Sequence record: OQ873415.1 | From: Escherichia phage PECP20 | Reading direction: 5' to 3' (one strand) | DNA: 64,000 nt | In this document: piece by piece, positions 8,206 to 16,645 of the stretch | Position numbering within the stretch: the first letter of the stretch is position 1 | How the letters are laid out: every line of letters starts with the position of its first letter | The notes under the pieces: model-generated | Database searches by the model: none | What the model was told of the DNA's origin: nothing | Seen by the model: only the letters and a program-made list of their open reading frames with translations | Program-made: the position numbers and the translations under genes

Positions 8206-9195
8206 TTATTTATAGTAAGAATTATGATTTTCGAGATAGACTTGCTCAAGGAAATCATCCCAGAAACTCATATCTACTTTTTGTTGCATACCATTCTTGG
8301 CAGCTTGTTCTGACGCATGTTCAACTTGGTCAACGATATCTTCTAGGAATTCTTGTACAGTTTTAAACGTATGTTTACCAAGCTTAACATCGAGAATAAA
8401 TGGAGCATCCTGAAGTGGGTAAACCAGGTCGCCGGTTTTGTAAATTTCCAATAATTGAAGTCCACCACGACATGCATGACTCAATGCTTTCCAGTCAATA
8501 CCTTCGTTAGCTTCTGCTTTACGAGCACGTTCACCATAGTTCTCTTCCAGTTTAACCAGGATAGCATTGAACTCTTTATTGGTTAACGTGTCTTGGAATT
8601 TACGGTCTAACAGACTATAGAATGTTTGCTTACCTGTTTTCTCGTTTTCGGTTTCAACCCATGAAGCAAATTCACCTACAGGTAGAACATTCTTCATATG
8701 TGATAAACGAATTACTGCACCATTATCAAAGTATTGTCCCCATTCATTAGAACGTTTAAGGGCTTGACGAAGAACAGCCAGTCGAGAACCCTTGACACCG
8801 TATTTAGAAGCTTGCTTACGGACGTACCCTAAATAAGATTTCATGTTAGTGGTATAGAAACGAGACCTGTTATCTTGAATATACTTCCATACATCAGGCA
8901 AATCAGATTTAACTACTAGACTTGGTGGAGTATGAAGCATATCTAATGCGACGGTTTCACCATCTGCAGCTAGTTTAAAGAAATATTTGAGACTATATAA
9001 CTCATGGTCTACGTCGTCTTTTGTGTTCTTAGAAGATGTGTTATTCGTGTTCTTGCTCATATGTTCTTTAACGTTACCGGTCAAAATATCACGAGCATGA
9101 GGGACATAAATTTCTTTAAAATCGACGTCAGATTCAGGAGTAGACGTTCCATAAAGGTGGCTACCAAAGTAGCTTTTCATAATTGTTTTCATCAT
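8206..9195 (-). CDS. nucleotidyltransferase-fold protein (minimal-NTase signature) with about 200-aa C-terminal extension
   Basis: N-terminal GSHLYGTSTPESDVD fits the G-S-x3-G-x5-S-D-x-D pattern of Pol-beta-type nucleotidyltransferases; 329 aa. Confidence 0.7.
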   Translation of the reverse strand: MMKTIMKSYFGSHLYGTSTPESDVDFKEIYVPHARDILTGNVKEHMSKNTNNTSSKNTKDDVDHELYSLKYFFKLAADGETVALDMLHTPPSLVVKSDLPDVWKYIQDNRSRFYTTNMKSYLGYVRKQASKYGVKGSRLAVLRQALKRSNEWGQYFDNGAVIRLSHMKNVLPVGEFASWVETENEKTGKQTFYSLLDRKFQDTLTNKEFNAILVKLEENYGERARKAEANEGIDWKALSHACRGGLQLLEIYKTGDLVYPLQDAPFILDVKLGKHTFKTVQEFLEDIVDQVEHASEQAAKNGMQQKVDMSFWDDFLEQVYLENHNSYYK

Positions 9196-9665
9196 TTAGC
9201 CTTATATTCAAGAGTAGGACAGACTTTTTCTTTACGAGCTTTAAGGTATTCACCTATTAATGATTTCTTACGTTCAATAGGCTCAAGTCCATTTTTAATT
9301 CGTTCTTGGTTTTGCGCAATGAGCTCAATTTCTTTATAATATTTTCTGTCGTTATATTTGTCTAACAACCAAGACGGACCAATTACCAACCCGGTAGCAA
9401 TAAAAGCCATGACTGCTACAATTAAAATGCCTACACCAATTGAGGCTGGAACTAATGTCCATAGACTGCTAAAAACAAAGAATTTAGTTAAAATTTCCTG
9501 GCCAATGATTGTGACTGCTGCTAAAATCGCAAATCCAATAATTGAAACAGCCAATACCGGGATTAACGTTTTCCAAAAATAAGCACACAACGTTTTCGGA
9601 CGATTCCATGTACTATTGAACGCGGCATAAATTTTAAAGTGCCAAGAGTTTTCATTGATAATCAT
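9192..9665 (-). CDS. hypothetical membrane protein, 157 aa
   Basis: ORF track; two to three hydrophobic helices. Confidence 0.6.
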   Translation of the reverse strand: MIINENSWHFKIYAAFNSTWNRPKTLCAYFWKTLIPVLAVSIIGFAILAAVTIIGQEILTKFFVFSSLWTLVPASIGVGILIVAVMAFIATGLVIGPSWLLDKYNDRKYYKEIELIAQNQERIKNGLEPIERKKSLIGEYLKARKEKVCPTLEYKAK

Positions 9666-9674
9666 AATAATTCC

Positions 9675-10205
9675 TTATTTCAAAGTTGGGATAATAGAAT
9701 CGAGATAAGCTTTAAGAGCAACTGCTTCATCTTTGTCTAATGTAACGATATGTTGACGAAGGTCATCAATTTGACGAATAACTACAACATCGCCATCTTC
9801 ATAAGAAGGATTAACGCCTAGGACCGTTGTATAGTCAGGGCGGTCCTGATTTGTAATAAAAGCATTACGGCATTTAGCCCATTGAAGTTTGGCCTTTTTG
9901 GCTATTTCAGATTCCATTAATTCTTTCACCTTAGTGACGAATGTTTTCCAATTATTGATAGAAAGGCATTCATCTTCTGTTTCGATATTAACCCCACTAT
10001 AAAGACCGTGATAAAAACGAACTTGAAGGTCTTCATCGATGTTAATTACAGATGCATGGCCCGGCGGATTGAGTTTCAAAATCTTGTCCAGTTCCATAGG
10101 AAGAATAGTAACAGAATCATCTTCTTGTGTCAGAACGTAAGCATAACCACGTTTTTCGATACATAAATCACCAAACAACTCGGTTGTTTCAATTACAATT
10201 TTCAT
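9675..10205 (-). CDS. hypothetical protein, about 176 aa
   Basis: ORF track; start moved to ATG (MKIVIE...) because the track start is a TTG. Confidence 0.6.
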   Translation of the reverse strand: MKIVIETTELFGDLCIEKRGYAYVLTQEDDSVTILPMELDKILKLNPPGHASVINIDEDLQVRFYHGLYSGVNIETEDECLSINNWKTFVTKVKELMESEIAKKAKLQWAKCRNAFITNQDRPDYTTVLGVNPSYEDGDVVVIRQIDDLRQHIVTLDKDEAVALKAYLDSIIPTLK

Positions 10206-10206
10206 A

Positions 10207-10386
10207 TTATTCACCAATTAAAGTTTCAACAAAATTCACCAAAGCATTCTGGCACGCATCAACCTGATTTTCATAAAAGTCTCCGTTATCATTTACCGCG
10301 TGATAAGCTACATCATTCAAATCTGAATCGGCTTCACGTAGGTCACGGATAAGGTCCATCAATTTATTAGCTTGTTCACGGGTCAT
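10207..10386 (-). CDS. small acidic hypothetical protein, 59 aa
   Basis: Own translation MTREQANKLMDLIRDLREADSDLNDVAYHAVNDNGDFYENQVDACQNALVNFVETLIGE; below track cutoff. Confidence 0.4.
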   Translation of the reverse strand: MTREQANKLMDLIRDLREADSDLNDVAYHAVNDNGDFYENQVDACQNALVNFVETLIGE

Positions 10387-10509
10387 TTTACCATACTCGT
10401 TTCAATAAGATTCACTATGCCGTTTACCATGTTATAAGTAAACATCGGATAATTGTATTGTACTACAACATAAGCGATAAGCAAAAGTTTCATTTTGTTC
10501 TCCGTTCGT

Positions 10510-10552
10510 TTTGGTAGGACTACTATAACATAGTCCTACCAAGATGTAAACT
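10510..10552 (-). promoter_or_regulatory. early promoter cassette with 9-bp inverted repeat
   Basis: Plus strand ggtaggactactataacatagtcctacc followed by gtaaac. Confidence 0.55.
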
Positions 10553-10754
10553 ACCGATTGTGTTTTAAATGTTGATAAAGTTCTTCAACTTGTTTAGGGT
10601 CCAAAACAATTAGGTCATTTTCTTGACGAAGATAAATCCATCCCTTATCCCCAGGGCCATTTTTACAAAACATCACCACCATATCATCATCTTCAGCGCT
10701 TTCAGGCAAAAGTTCAAGTACACCGTCTTCAGATTTTCCAGTATAATCGTAAAG
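10551..10754 (-). CDS. hypothetical protein, about 67 aa
   Basis: ORF track, start moved to internal ATG with GAGG RBS. Confidence 0.5.
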   Translation of the reverse strand, partial: LYDYTGKSEDGVLELLPESAEDDDMVVMFCKNGPGDKGWIYLRQENDLIVLDPKQVEELYQHLKHNR

Positions 10755-10764
10755 CATAATGTCC

Positions 10765-10943
10765 TCACATAATCTCGTTAACATACATTTGCAATTCGGT
10801 GTGGGCGTCGGCCATCTTTTTCATAGCTCTGTTAATGTCGATGTCTCCATCTTCGCAACCATGAGCATTTTCCCAATCAGATACCGCATTAGCGTACTCT
10901 TCAATCAAAAACATCAACTTAGAAATCTTTTCTTTACGTGTCA
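10765..10943 (-). CDS. hypothetical protein, about 59 aa
   Basis: ORF track ORF truncated to MTRKEKISKL... because the early promoter at 10962-11001 lies inside the longer ORF; RBS GGAG present. Confidence 0.45.
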
Positions 10944-10961
10944 TAACGTTCTCCTCTAGTA

Positions 10962-11001
10962 AGTAAGGACTACTATAACACATCTCAAGGAGAAGTAAAC
11001 T
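10962..11001 (-). promoter_or_regulatory. early promoter cassette
   Basis: Minus strand GTTTAC-TTCTCCTTGAGATGTGT-TATAGT; TTCTCCT complementary to downstream RBS AGGAGAA. Confidence 0.55.
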
Positions 11002-11011
11002 GTTAAATACC

Positions 11012-11043
11012 AAAAAGCCCCAACCATAAGGAAGGGGCTAGTA
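11012..11043 (-). terminator. rho-independent terminator downstream of rI
   Basis: Minus strand AGCCCC...GGGGCU stem followed by UUUUU. Confidence 0.55.
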
Positions 11044-11045
11044 AA

Positions 11046-11348
11046 TTAGATAGATGTAGGCTCTAATTTTATTTTCATGAACTCAGCAAATTGTCTGGCA
11101 GTTTTTATGCCTTGTTCATGACATTCAAATGCATCATCACAGGGGCTATTTTTGTAATGCTTTGCCATATACTTATAGAATTTTTCAGAATTCTCGACAT
11201 TTTGAATTTCAAACAAAGTATATACGTTTTTAATCCCTGATTCCATAAAGTTATCAAAATATGGGTCAATATGTGCAGTACCAACGATAGGAGTTGTTGC
11301 TGCAAAAAACCCCAGCATCGCCATGACAGCTATCGCTCTTAAGGCCAT
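11046..11348 (-). CDS. rI: lysis inhibition regulator rI (periplasmic antiholin)
   Basis: 100 aa with signal-anchor; MALRAIAVMAMLG...DPYFDNFMESGIKNVY...SPCDDAFEC closely matches T4 RI as recalled. Confidence 0.85.
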   Translation of the reverse strand: MALRAIAVMAMLGFFAATTPIVGTAHIDPYFDNFMESGIKNVYTLFEIQNVENSEKFYKYMAKHYKNSPCDDAFECHEQGIKTARQFAEFMKIKLEPTSI

Positions 11349-11360
11349 ATAGGCCTCCTG

Positions 11361-11573
11361 TTAATTTTGGCCAGTATTTATTTTTCGCCTTTGGACGGCC
11401 TTAACATCTGTGAGGTATTTTTCCAGCTTGCGCTTGCGTGTATAATCAGCTTTAGAACCAGTTTGACGGATATCCTCGTTTAAATGAGAAATAGAATGTC
11501 CTAATTCTCTTCGGATTTCATCCAATTGGGTTACAGTAAGATTACGAAGTTGTCTTTCGTTTAATTGCTGCAT
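11361..11573 (-). CDS. hypothetical protein, 70 aa (rI.1 position)
   Basis: ORF track; lies between tk and rI. Confidence 0.55.
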   Translation of the reverse strand: MQQLNERQLRNLTVTQLDEIRRELGHSISHLNEDIRQTGSKADYTRKRKLEKYLTDVKAVQRRKINTGQN

Positions 11574-11597
11574 ATATACCTCTTGGTTAGATATTAG

Positions 11598-11620
11598 TAT
11601 TTATAACAACCCTGTCAAAT
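11598..11620 (-). promoter_or_regulatory. combined sigma70-like (TTGACA...TAATAT) and late-type (TATAAATA) promoter upstream of rI.1/rI
   Basis: Minus strand TTGACAGGGTTGTTATAAATACTAATAT. Confidence 0.45.
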
Positions 11621-12182
11621 CATTCCAATGCTTCCGGCATAATGACACATATCTATCGGTATCACCAATTTCAATTTGACTGCCATCTGTAATTGGAAGT
11701 CCGTCTTCCGTGACTCTAGCTACCATTGTGGCCTTTTTACCACAATGACAGACACCTTTAAGTTCAACAAGCTTATCGGCAATAGCCATTAATGCTTGAG
11801 AACCTTCAAATAGATTACCTTTAAAATCTGTTCGTAGTCCATATGCCATTACCGGCACATTGTATACGTCAACAATACGACTAAGTTGATACACCTTTTC
11901 AGTAGTTAAGAACTGAGCTTCGTCAACAAATACGCAGTGAATATCCTTTTGTGCTGCAGCCCATTTATAGAATTCAAAGATATCCATGTCTTTTGTAATT
12001 ATATTGGCATCCTGACGAATACCAATACGAGAGACTATTTCACCTTTTGAATCACGAGTATCAATAGCCGGTTTAAGAACTAATACACCCATGCCACGTT
12101 CTTTATAGTTATGTGCGGCAGTAAGTAATGAAGCAGACTTACCAGCGTTCATAGCGGCATAGGTAAAAATTAAACTAGCCAT
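11601..12182 (-). CDS. tk: thymidine kinase
   Basis: 193 aa; P-loop NAGKSASLL, DEAQF Walker B, C-terminal zinc cysteines; matches T4 Tk as recalled. Confidence 0.93.
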   Translation of the reverse strand: MASLIFTYAAMNAGKSASLLTAAHNYKERGMGVLVLKPAIDTRDSKGEIVSRIGIRQDANIITKDMDIFEFYKWAAAQKDIHCVFVDEAQFLTTEKVYQLSRIVDVYNVPVMAYGLRTDFKGNLFEGSQALMAIADKLVELKGVCHCGKKATMVARVTEDGLPITDGSQIEIGDTDRYVSLCRKHWNDLTGLL

Positions 12183-12191
12183 AAGAGTCCC

Positions 12192-12374
12192 TTATAGTGA
12201 ATTCACGTAGTCAATGAGTTCTTGTTCTTTCCTGTCAAATGATTCCATCAATGCTTGATATTCTTCGTCTGTTAAAGGAGCATATTCATCGTACGCATTA
12301 GTGGCTGCTTGCTCATCCAATAGGTCATGGATAAGTTCGAACAGTTTAGTTTTCTCTTCTTTAGTCAATTTCAT
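12192..12374 (-). CDS. hypothetical protein, 60 aa
   Basis: ORF track only. Confidence 0.5.
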   Translation of the reverse strand: MKLTKEEKTKLFELIHDLLDEQAATNAYDEYAPLTDEEYQALMESFDRKEQELIDYVNSL

Positions 12375-12598
12375 TTAGGTTCACCTTCTTTAACGAAATC
12401 TGGGTAAGGGTAAAATCCTGAGTAAAACCCTTCACCTTTATGATTGCTACAACCTTTGTTCGAACAGTAACACCAATAATCAAAATCACAAGCCATTTCG
12501 TCATTGCATAAAGCAAAAACTACAGGCCATTCGCATTTTTCGCATTTAGCACCTGTAAGAATTTTTGTTTGACTCATAACCATTTGACCTGCATGCAA
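12371..12598 (-). CDS. hypothetical Cys-rich protein, 75 aa
   Basis: ORF track; about 9 cysteines including CEKCEW and CYCSNKGC. Confidence 0.5.
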   Translation of the reverse strand: MHAGQMVMSQTKILTGAKCEKCEWPVVFALCNDEMACDFDYWCYCSNKGCSNHKGEGFYSGFYPYPDFVKEGEPK

Positions 12599-12786
12599 TA
12601 TTCTTCGACATGCTTTTTACGACATTTCTTATCAATAAAGGTATATTCCATAAAGCGTCCATGATAACGACGTTCAACATCGTGAGGGGTGTTAATAGGA
12701 CACTTAGTCTGGCGAATTTCTTCCCATTCACGAATAATAACTGCTTTATTCTTTGGGTCATACGGGTGAGGATAATGCACATTCAT
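12574..12786 (-). CDS. hypothetical protein, about 70 aa
   Basis: ORF track, start moved to ATG (MNVHYPHPYD...) overlapping upstream stop. Confidence 0.5.
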   Translation of the reverse strand: MNVHYPHPYDPKNKAVIIREWEEIRQTKCPINTPHDVERRYHGRFMEYTFIDKKCRKKHVEEYCMQVKWL

Positions 12787-13250
12787 AACAATGGTTCCCA
12801 ATCAACAATCACAATTTCTAGTTTAGTGGAATACGTATCTAAAATCTCTTCGATGACATCCCAGTTTCCACCACCAATACCTGCACCAATTCTTGGCATA
12901 TAAATTACAGGCTTTGTTATCTTATTTTTTCCGAATTCATTTAATTCTATTATACAATTCATTAAAGCAGAGTACTCAAAATTAGGTCCCGGCTCAAACT
13001 GTGTATAAAGATTAAAGCAATAAGCTTTATGGGTCTTAAAATATTTTTCATAAACCGAATAAGTCCCGAGTTTAGACTCGTCTCCGAATTCGGTTTGAAG
13101 TTTATCGGCTTCTAAAATTTTTGGATAAGCCTTTGCCAATTGACCTGCTACACCGGCACCCATTGTATGAAAACAATTGCACCCATGAGCAATATTATTA
13201 CCTTTAGAAAACAGGGCGACAATATCGCCCTTGATATAGTTTTTAATCAC
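12783..13250 (-). CDS. macro-domain (ADP-ribose binding/processing) protein
   Basis: 155 aa; GDIVALFSKGNNIAHGCNCF...MGAGVAG is a typical macro-domain N-terminal core. Confidence 0.7.
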   Translation of the reverse strand: MIKNYIKGDIVALFSKGNNIAHGCNCFHTMGAGVAGQLAKAYPKILEADKLQTEFGDESKLGTYSVYEKYFKTHKAYCFNLYTQFEPGPNFEYSALMNCIIELNEFGKNKITKPVIYMPRIGAGIGGGNWDVIEEILDTYSTKLEIVIVDWEPLL

Positions 13251-13590
13251 TTGCTACAAGTCCTCTAGTATAAGAGTCAACTAGACGGTCCACCATAGAA
13301 TTGCATGCTGCCTTATCTTTAGGTTCCGCCACCGAGCATTCTAATATTTGCCATTTTTTATAGTATCTTTTAATTAAGGTAGACGCCTTGAACCTACTAG
13401 ACGCCCCATCTTTTTCTCCGTCTTTATACGCATATAACAATTTTTGTGAAAAATCTACTTTACACTCTTGACTTTTACCACAATAATCAGACGCCGTTCT
13501 GTTTGTATACTCCGTTACATCAGTATATGTAGTATTAGCAAGAGCGTTAAATGAAACCAAGCCAACTATTAAAGCTAACATTTTGGTCAT
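13243..13590 (-). CDS. hypothetical secreted protein, 115 aa
   Basis: Signal-peptide-like N-terminus MTKMLALIVGLVSFNALA; several cysteines. Confidence 0.6.
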   Translation of the reverse strand: MTKMLALIVGLVSFNALANTTYTDVTEYTNRTASDYCGKSQECKVDFSQKLLYAYKDGEKDGASSRFKASTLIKRYYKKWQILECSVAEPKDKAACNSMVDRLVDSYTRGLVASD

Positions 13591-14129
13591 TCTTTTATTT
13601 CCAGTAGTTTATTTGATTTAAGGTAATTAGCCTTTTCTAGGACTTCAGAAGCATATTTACTTCCAGCACTTGTCTTCCACCCCGCATTATATGAGGATAT
13701 AGCTTTTCTTATATCCCCGTTATGTATATTTAACCAATAAGAAAATTCGATATAAGCCCATCTGGCCGAATTAGACCGCTTAGATAGCATTTTCTTAATT
13801 TGGGCATCAGACATATTATAACCAAGCTGGTTAATTCTTGCCCTCATTGTTGGTAGATAGTTTTGGAACATTCCATACGCATGGTGACCTTTCTTATCTT
13901 TAAGATTAATACCGGCAGATGATTCTTGCCATAGTATTGCGGCCATTATGTATCCAAGTCCTTTCTTATGCATATTTTCATGCGTTTTAAATTTTCCGTC
14001 CTTAGAAAACTGTTCCCCAAACTGATAAGCATAATTCAAGTTATCGAGTTGGACATTACTAAAAGTATGCTCGGAGCTATGTGCTGATAACGAAAGAGCA
14101 AATAGACCAGCGAGTAGTGCTTTTCTCAT
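13587..14129 (-). CDS. secreted lytic-transglycosylase-like protein
   Basis: Signal peptide MRKALLAGLFALSLSAHS; ESSAG and AYGMFQ segments resemble the soluble lytic transglycosylase catalytic core. Confidence 0.6.
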   Translation of the reverse strand: MRKALLAGLFALSLSAHSSEHTFSNVQLDNLNYAYQFGEQFSKDGKFKTHENMHKKGLGYIMAAILWQESSAGINLKDKKGHHAYGMFQNYLPTMRARINQLGYNMSDAQIKKMLSKRSNSARWAYIEFSYWLNIHNGDIRKAISSYNAGWKTSAGSKYASEVLEKANYLKSNKLLEIKE

Positions 14130-14137
14130 GTTTACCT

Positions 14138-14596
14138 CTAGATTTTAATCACTGCTTTAGAAGCTTTTCCTGGTAGTCGTTTACTGTTAATAATAGCCAT
14201 TCTACATTGAAGAGTCTTCATTTTGAATGTTGGATTTTCGCGACAGACTGTAAGTCCTAACCAAAGATTTCCATCAGTTATTTCTAAACGGCCTGGGCGA
14301 TATTCGACACCTTCGACAAAATCTTCATCAACATCTGGACGTGCCGGCATTGATAAAAATTCTGCAACTTCTTTAACATGATTTTTTACTTTATGAAATA
14401 ATTCAAAAACGTAATTCTCATCTATTTCTCTCTGGATGGCGCGATCTAAGAGATGTTGAGAATACTTGATATGAAAGCCTGGTAGTCCAAAAGACTTTGC
14501 AGCATCTTTTATACCGGCATTTATTTTGCGGAACTCCGTTTCAAAGATTCGACGGAGTTTATTACGGCGGATAAAAACTTCCGAATTGATAGTCAT
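14138..14596 (-). CDS. regB: site-specific RNA endonuclease RegB
   Basis: 152 aa closely matching T4 RegB as recalled (MTINSEVFIRRNKLRR...RMAIINSKRLPGKASKAVIK). Confidence 0.9.
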   Translation of the reverse strand: MTINSEVFIRRNKLRRIFETEFRKINAGIKDAAKSFGLPGFHIKYSQHLLDRAIQREIDENYVFELFHKVKNHVKEVAEFLSMPARPDVDEDFVEGVEYRPGRLEITDGNLWLGLTVCRENPTFKMKTLQCRMAIINSKRLPGKASKAVIKI

Positions 14597-14611
14597 TTTG
14601 ATTTCTCCTCT

Positions 14612-14655
14612 AGTTGACAGGTCTATAGTAACACAACTAGAGGAGAAGTAAACTA
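14612..14655 (-). promoter_or_regulatory. early promoter cassette upstream of regB with 12-bp inverted repeat spanning the -10 and RBS
   Basis: Plus strand ctcctctagttg (14605-14616) and caactagaggag (14634-14645) are exact reverse complements; gtaaac at 14649-14654. Confidence 0.6.
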
Positions 14656-14952
14656 CTCTTTGAAAGGAATTAACTTTTTAACTGCTTTAGATACTTCGTC
14701 ACGAACCTGATGGAAGTTCTTGAGCTGTTCAAGGCGTTGTTCGTAATACGCAATCTCATCTTCTTCAAGACAATCGTCAGCGTCTTCTTTCAGATATGCC
14801 TTGTACTCATTAAAGAGGGCCCATAGGCGGTTCTCAAAGTCATCAAGGCTTTGAATTTTCTTGTGCTTCGGAACAAGGCCAAAAGGATTGCTTTCAGTTA
14901 TGCGTCTAGATGCTTCATAATGAGTTCCAAAGCCTGATAGGATTTGAGCCAT
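14653..14952 (-). CDS. hypothetical protein, 99 aa
   Basis: ORF track. Confidence 0.6.
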   Translation of the reverse strand: MAQILSGFGTHYEASRRITESNPFGLVPKHKKIQSLDDFENRLWALFNEYKAYLKEDADDCLEEDEIAYYEQRLEQLKNFHQVRDEVSKAVKKLIPFKE

Positions 14953-15218
14953 TAGTATTTTTCCTCAGGTCGAAATACTGCACGACAGGCCCACATGCTG
15001 GCTTCTTTTAGATGTTGCTTAGCATACTTAAGAGCCTGTACTGCATCCATATCTTCTTTGGTTTGTTGCTCTGTTTCATTTTCTTTCAAGATATATGCTT
15101 CTTCAATCAGAGCATCAAACAACAATCCAAGACGGACTTCTGCATCTTTAATAGCGTTCACTTTACCGATTTTATCGTCGGTATGTGGCTTGTAGCCTTT
15201 AATATCTTCAATCGACAT
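14952..15218 (-). CDS. hypothetical protein, about 88 aa
   Basis: Track ORF trimmed to ATG ([12 protein letters not shown]...) so it no longer overlaps the upstream gene. Confidence 0.55.
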   Translation of the reverse strand: MSIEDIKGYKPHTDDKIGKVNAIKDAEVRLGLLFDALIEEAYILKENETEQQTKEDMDAVQALKYAKQHLKEASMWACRAVFRPEEKY

Positions 15219-15432
15219 AAGGAATTTCCTCATCGGTGGCAAGGTCATATTCGACCAATTGGATAGGCTCATTAATACCATATCCACGTACAGTGATATC
15301 AGTTGCCGGATAGTTTCCAGTAATATCACCCATTCTAAATGCTTCAATGAATGATTGCTCGCCTGAGCAACTAAACCAGGCGGCAAAACATTTTAAAACA
15401 TCTTCAGACCCTTCTATAATCAATTTAGCCAT
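15208..15432 (-). CDS. hypothetical protein, 74 aa
   Basis: ORF track; stop overlaps next start. Confidence 0.55.
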   Translation of the reverse strand: MAKLIIEGSEDVLKCFAAWFSCSGEQSFIEAFRMGDITGNYPATDITVRGYGINEPIQLVEYDLATDEEIPYVD

Positions 15433-15794
15433 TATAGACTCTCAGTAAAGGTACGAGCGATAACGTCACGCTGCTGTTCCGGAGTCAGAGAGTTAAAGCG
15501 AACTGCATAACCGGATACACGGATGGTCAGCTGCGGATATTTTTCCGGATGCTTAACTGCATCTTCCAGAGTTTCACGACGCAGAACATTAACGTTCAGG
15601 TGTTGACCACCTTCAATTTTAACTTTAGGTTGATGTTCAATTTCAATTTCGCGGGCATGTAAACCGTAGAAAATTTCCGGGTCTACAATAGCGTCTTCTT
15701 TAAAAGTCTTAGAGACAATAATCCGGGCTTGAGTACCGTCTTCAAAATAAATAGTGCCTTTGTGTGTGCCTTCAAGAATTTGATATGCTTTCAT
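15432..15794 (-). CDS. autonomous glycyl radical cofactor (GrcA/YfiD-like)
   Basis: 120 aa; C-terminal [29 protein letters not shown] carries the glycyl-radical motif RVSGY and matches E. coli GrcA as recalled; 3' half noticeably more GC-rich. Confidence 0.85.
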   Translation of the reverse strand: MKAYQILEGTHKGTIYFEDGTQARIIVSKTFKEDAIVDPEIFYGLHAREIEIEHQPKVKIEGGQHLNVNVLRRETLEDAVKHPEKYPQLTIRVSGYAVRFNSLTPEQQRDVIARTFTESL

Positions 15795-15800
15795 ATAACC

Positions 15801-16109
15801 TCAATTAGAAAATAAATTTATCCAAGTTTTTTCTTTAATCAAAAATGGGTCGGAATTAAACGCCATTAAACTTTGAGTGATTAATCCCTTAAATGGCCCA
15901 TCAATAAATTCCATTTTGAAATGCGGAATACTAGTCATCAACCGTGCATTAGGAGCAGTACAAAGAACCTGCTGCCCTGCGAACGGACCTTTAGTCAAAC
16001 GGTATCGTTTAGGTTTAAAATGGTAAATCTCGTAATTTTCTACAAGAGCCCTTTTATTGCATACTGGGCTGTTATAACAATACTCAAAAACTTCAATAGT
16101 GGTCATCAT
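15801..16109 (-). CDS. hypothetical protein, 102 aa
   Basis: ORF track. Confidence 0.6.
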   Translation of the reverse strand: MMTTIEVFEYCYNSPVCNKRALVENYEIYHFKPKRYRLTKGPFAGQQVLCTAPNARLMTSIPHFKMEFIDGPFKGLITQSLMAFNSDPFLIKEKTWINLFSN

Positions 16110-16645
16110 TGCATTCCAATCACAAAAAATTGAGGACGAGCATTACCGCCGATGCAATATTTGCTTTTGCAACAGTGTTGGACTGTTTTAATATGTACAT
16201 TGTAAATCTTATCCATATCAGGAGCTTTAATAGGCTCGTCAATTATATACAGAATACGAGAAAGCGTTAATCCACGGAATTTAGAACCTTCATTGCCAAT
16301 AAAACTACGAACAGAATCAGTAAATAAACGGAATCGAATATCGTCGCTAGAATAACGAGAAAATTCTTTTTTAATGTTGCCAGCAGAAATTTTAGAATAA
16401 GCTGAAGTATTAGAAAGAACAATAACTGTTCCACCATCATACAGCCAATTAACAGCAAAATTAGTTACTGCGGTCGATTTACCTGATTGTCGGCCGCCGT
16501 CTAAACGAAGTGTACAGTACTGCTTGAGTACGTCTTCAAACGGTGGGATATAACCGTTCTTACAAATTTCTTCTACTCTAGCATCAGAATGGTGTGTAAA
16601 AGCATTCATCAGGGATAGATAAGGTCCAGTTAAAAATGTTCTCAT
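16106..16645 (-). CDS. hypothetical P-loop protein, 179 aa
   Basis: GGRQSGKST Walker A-like motif. Confidence 0.6.
   Translation of the reverse strand: MRTFLTGPYLSLMNAFTHHSDARVEEICKNGYIPPFEDVLKQYCTLRLDGGRQSGKSTAVTNFAVNWLYDGGTVIVLSNTSAYSKISAGNIKKEFSRYSSDDIRFRLFTDSVRSFIGNEGSKFRGLTLSRILYIIDEPIKAPDMDKIYNVHIKTVQHCCKSKYCIGGNARPQFFVIGMQ

Noticed and set aside
10389-10497. 36-aa hydrophobic micro-ORF (MKLLLIAYVVVQYNYPMFTYNMVNGIVNLIETSMVK) with good RBS
   Set aside because: Too short to support without expression or conservation data; noted as a possibility only.
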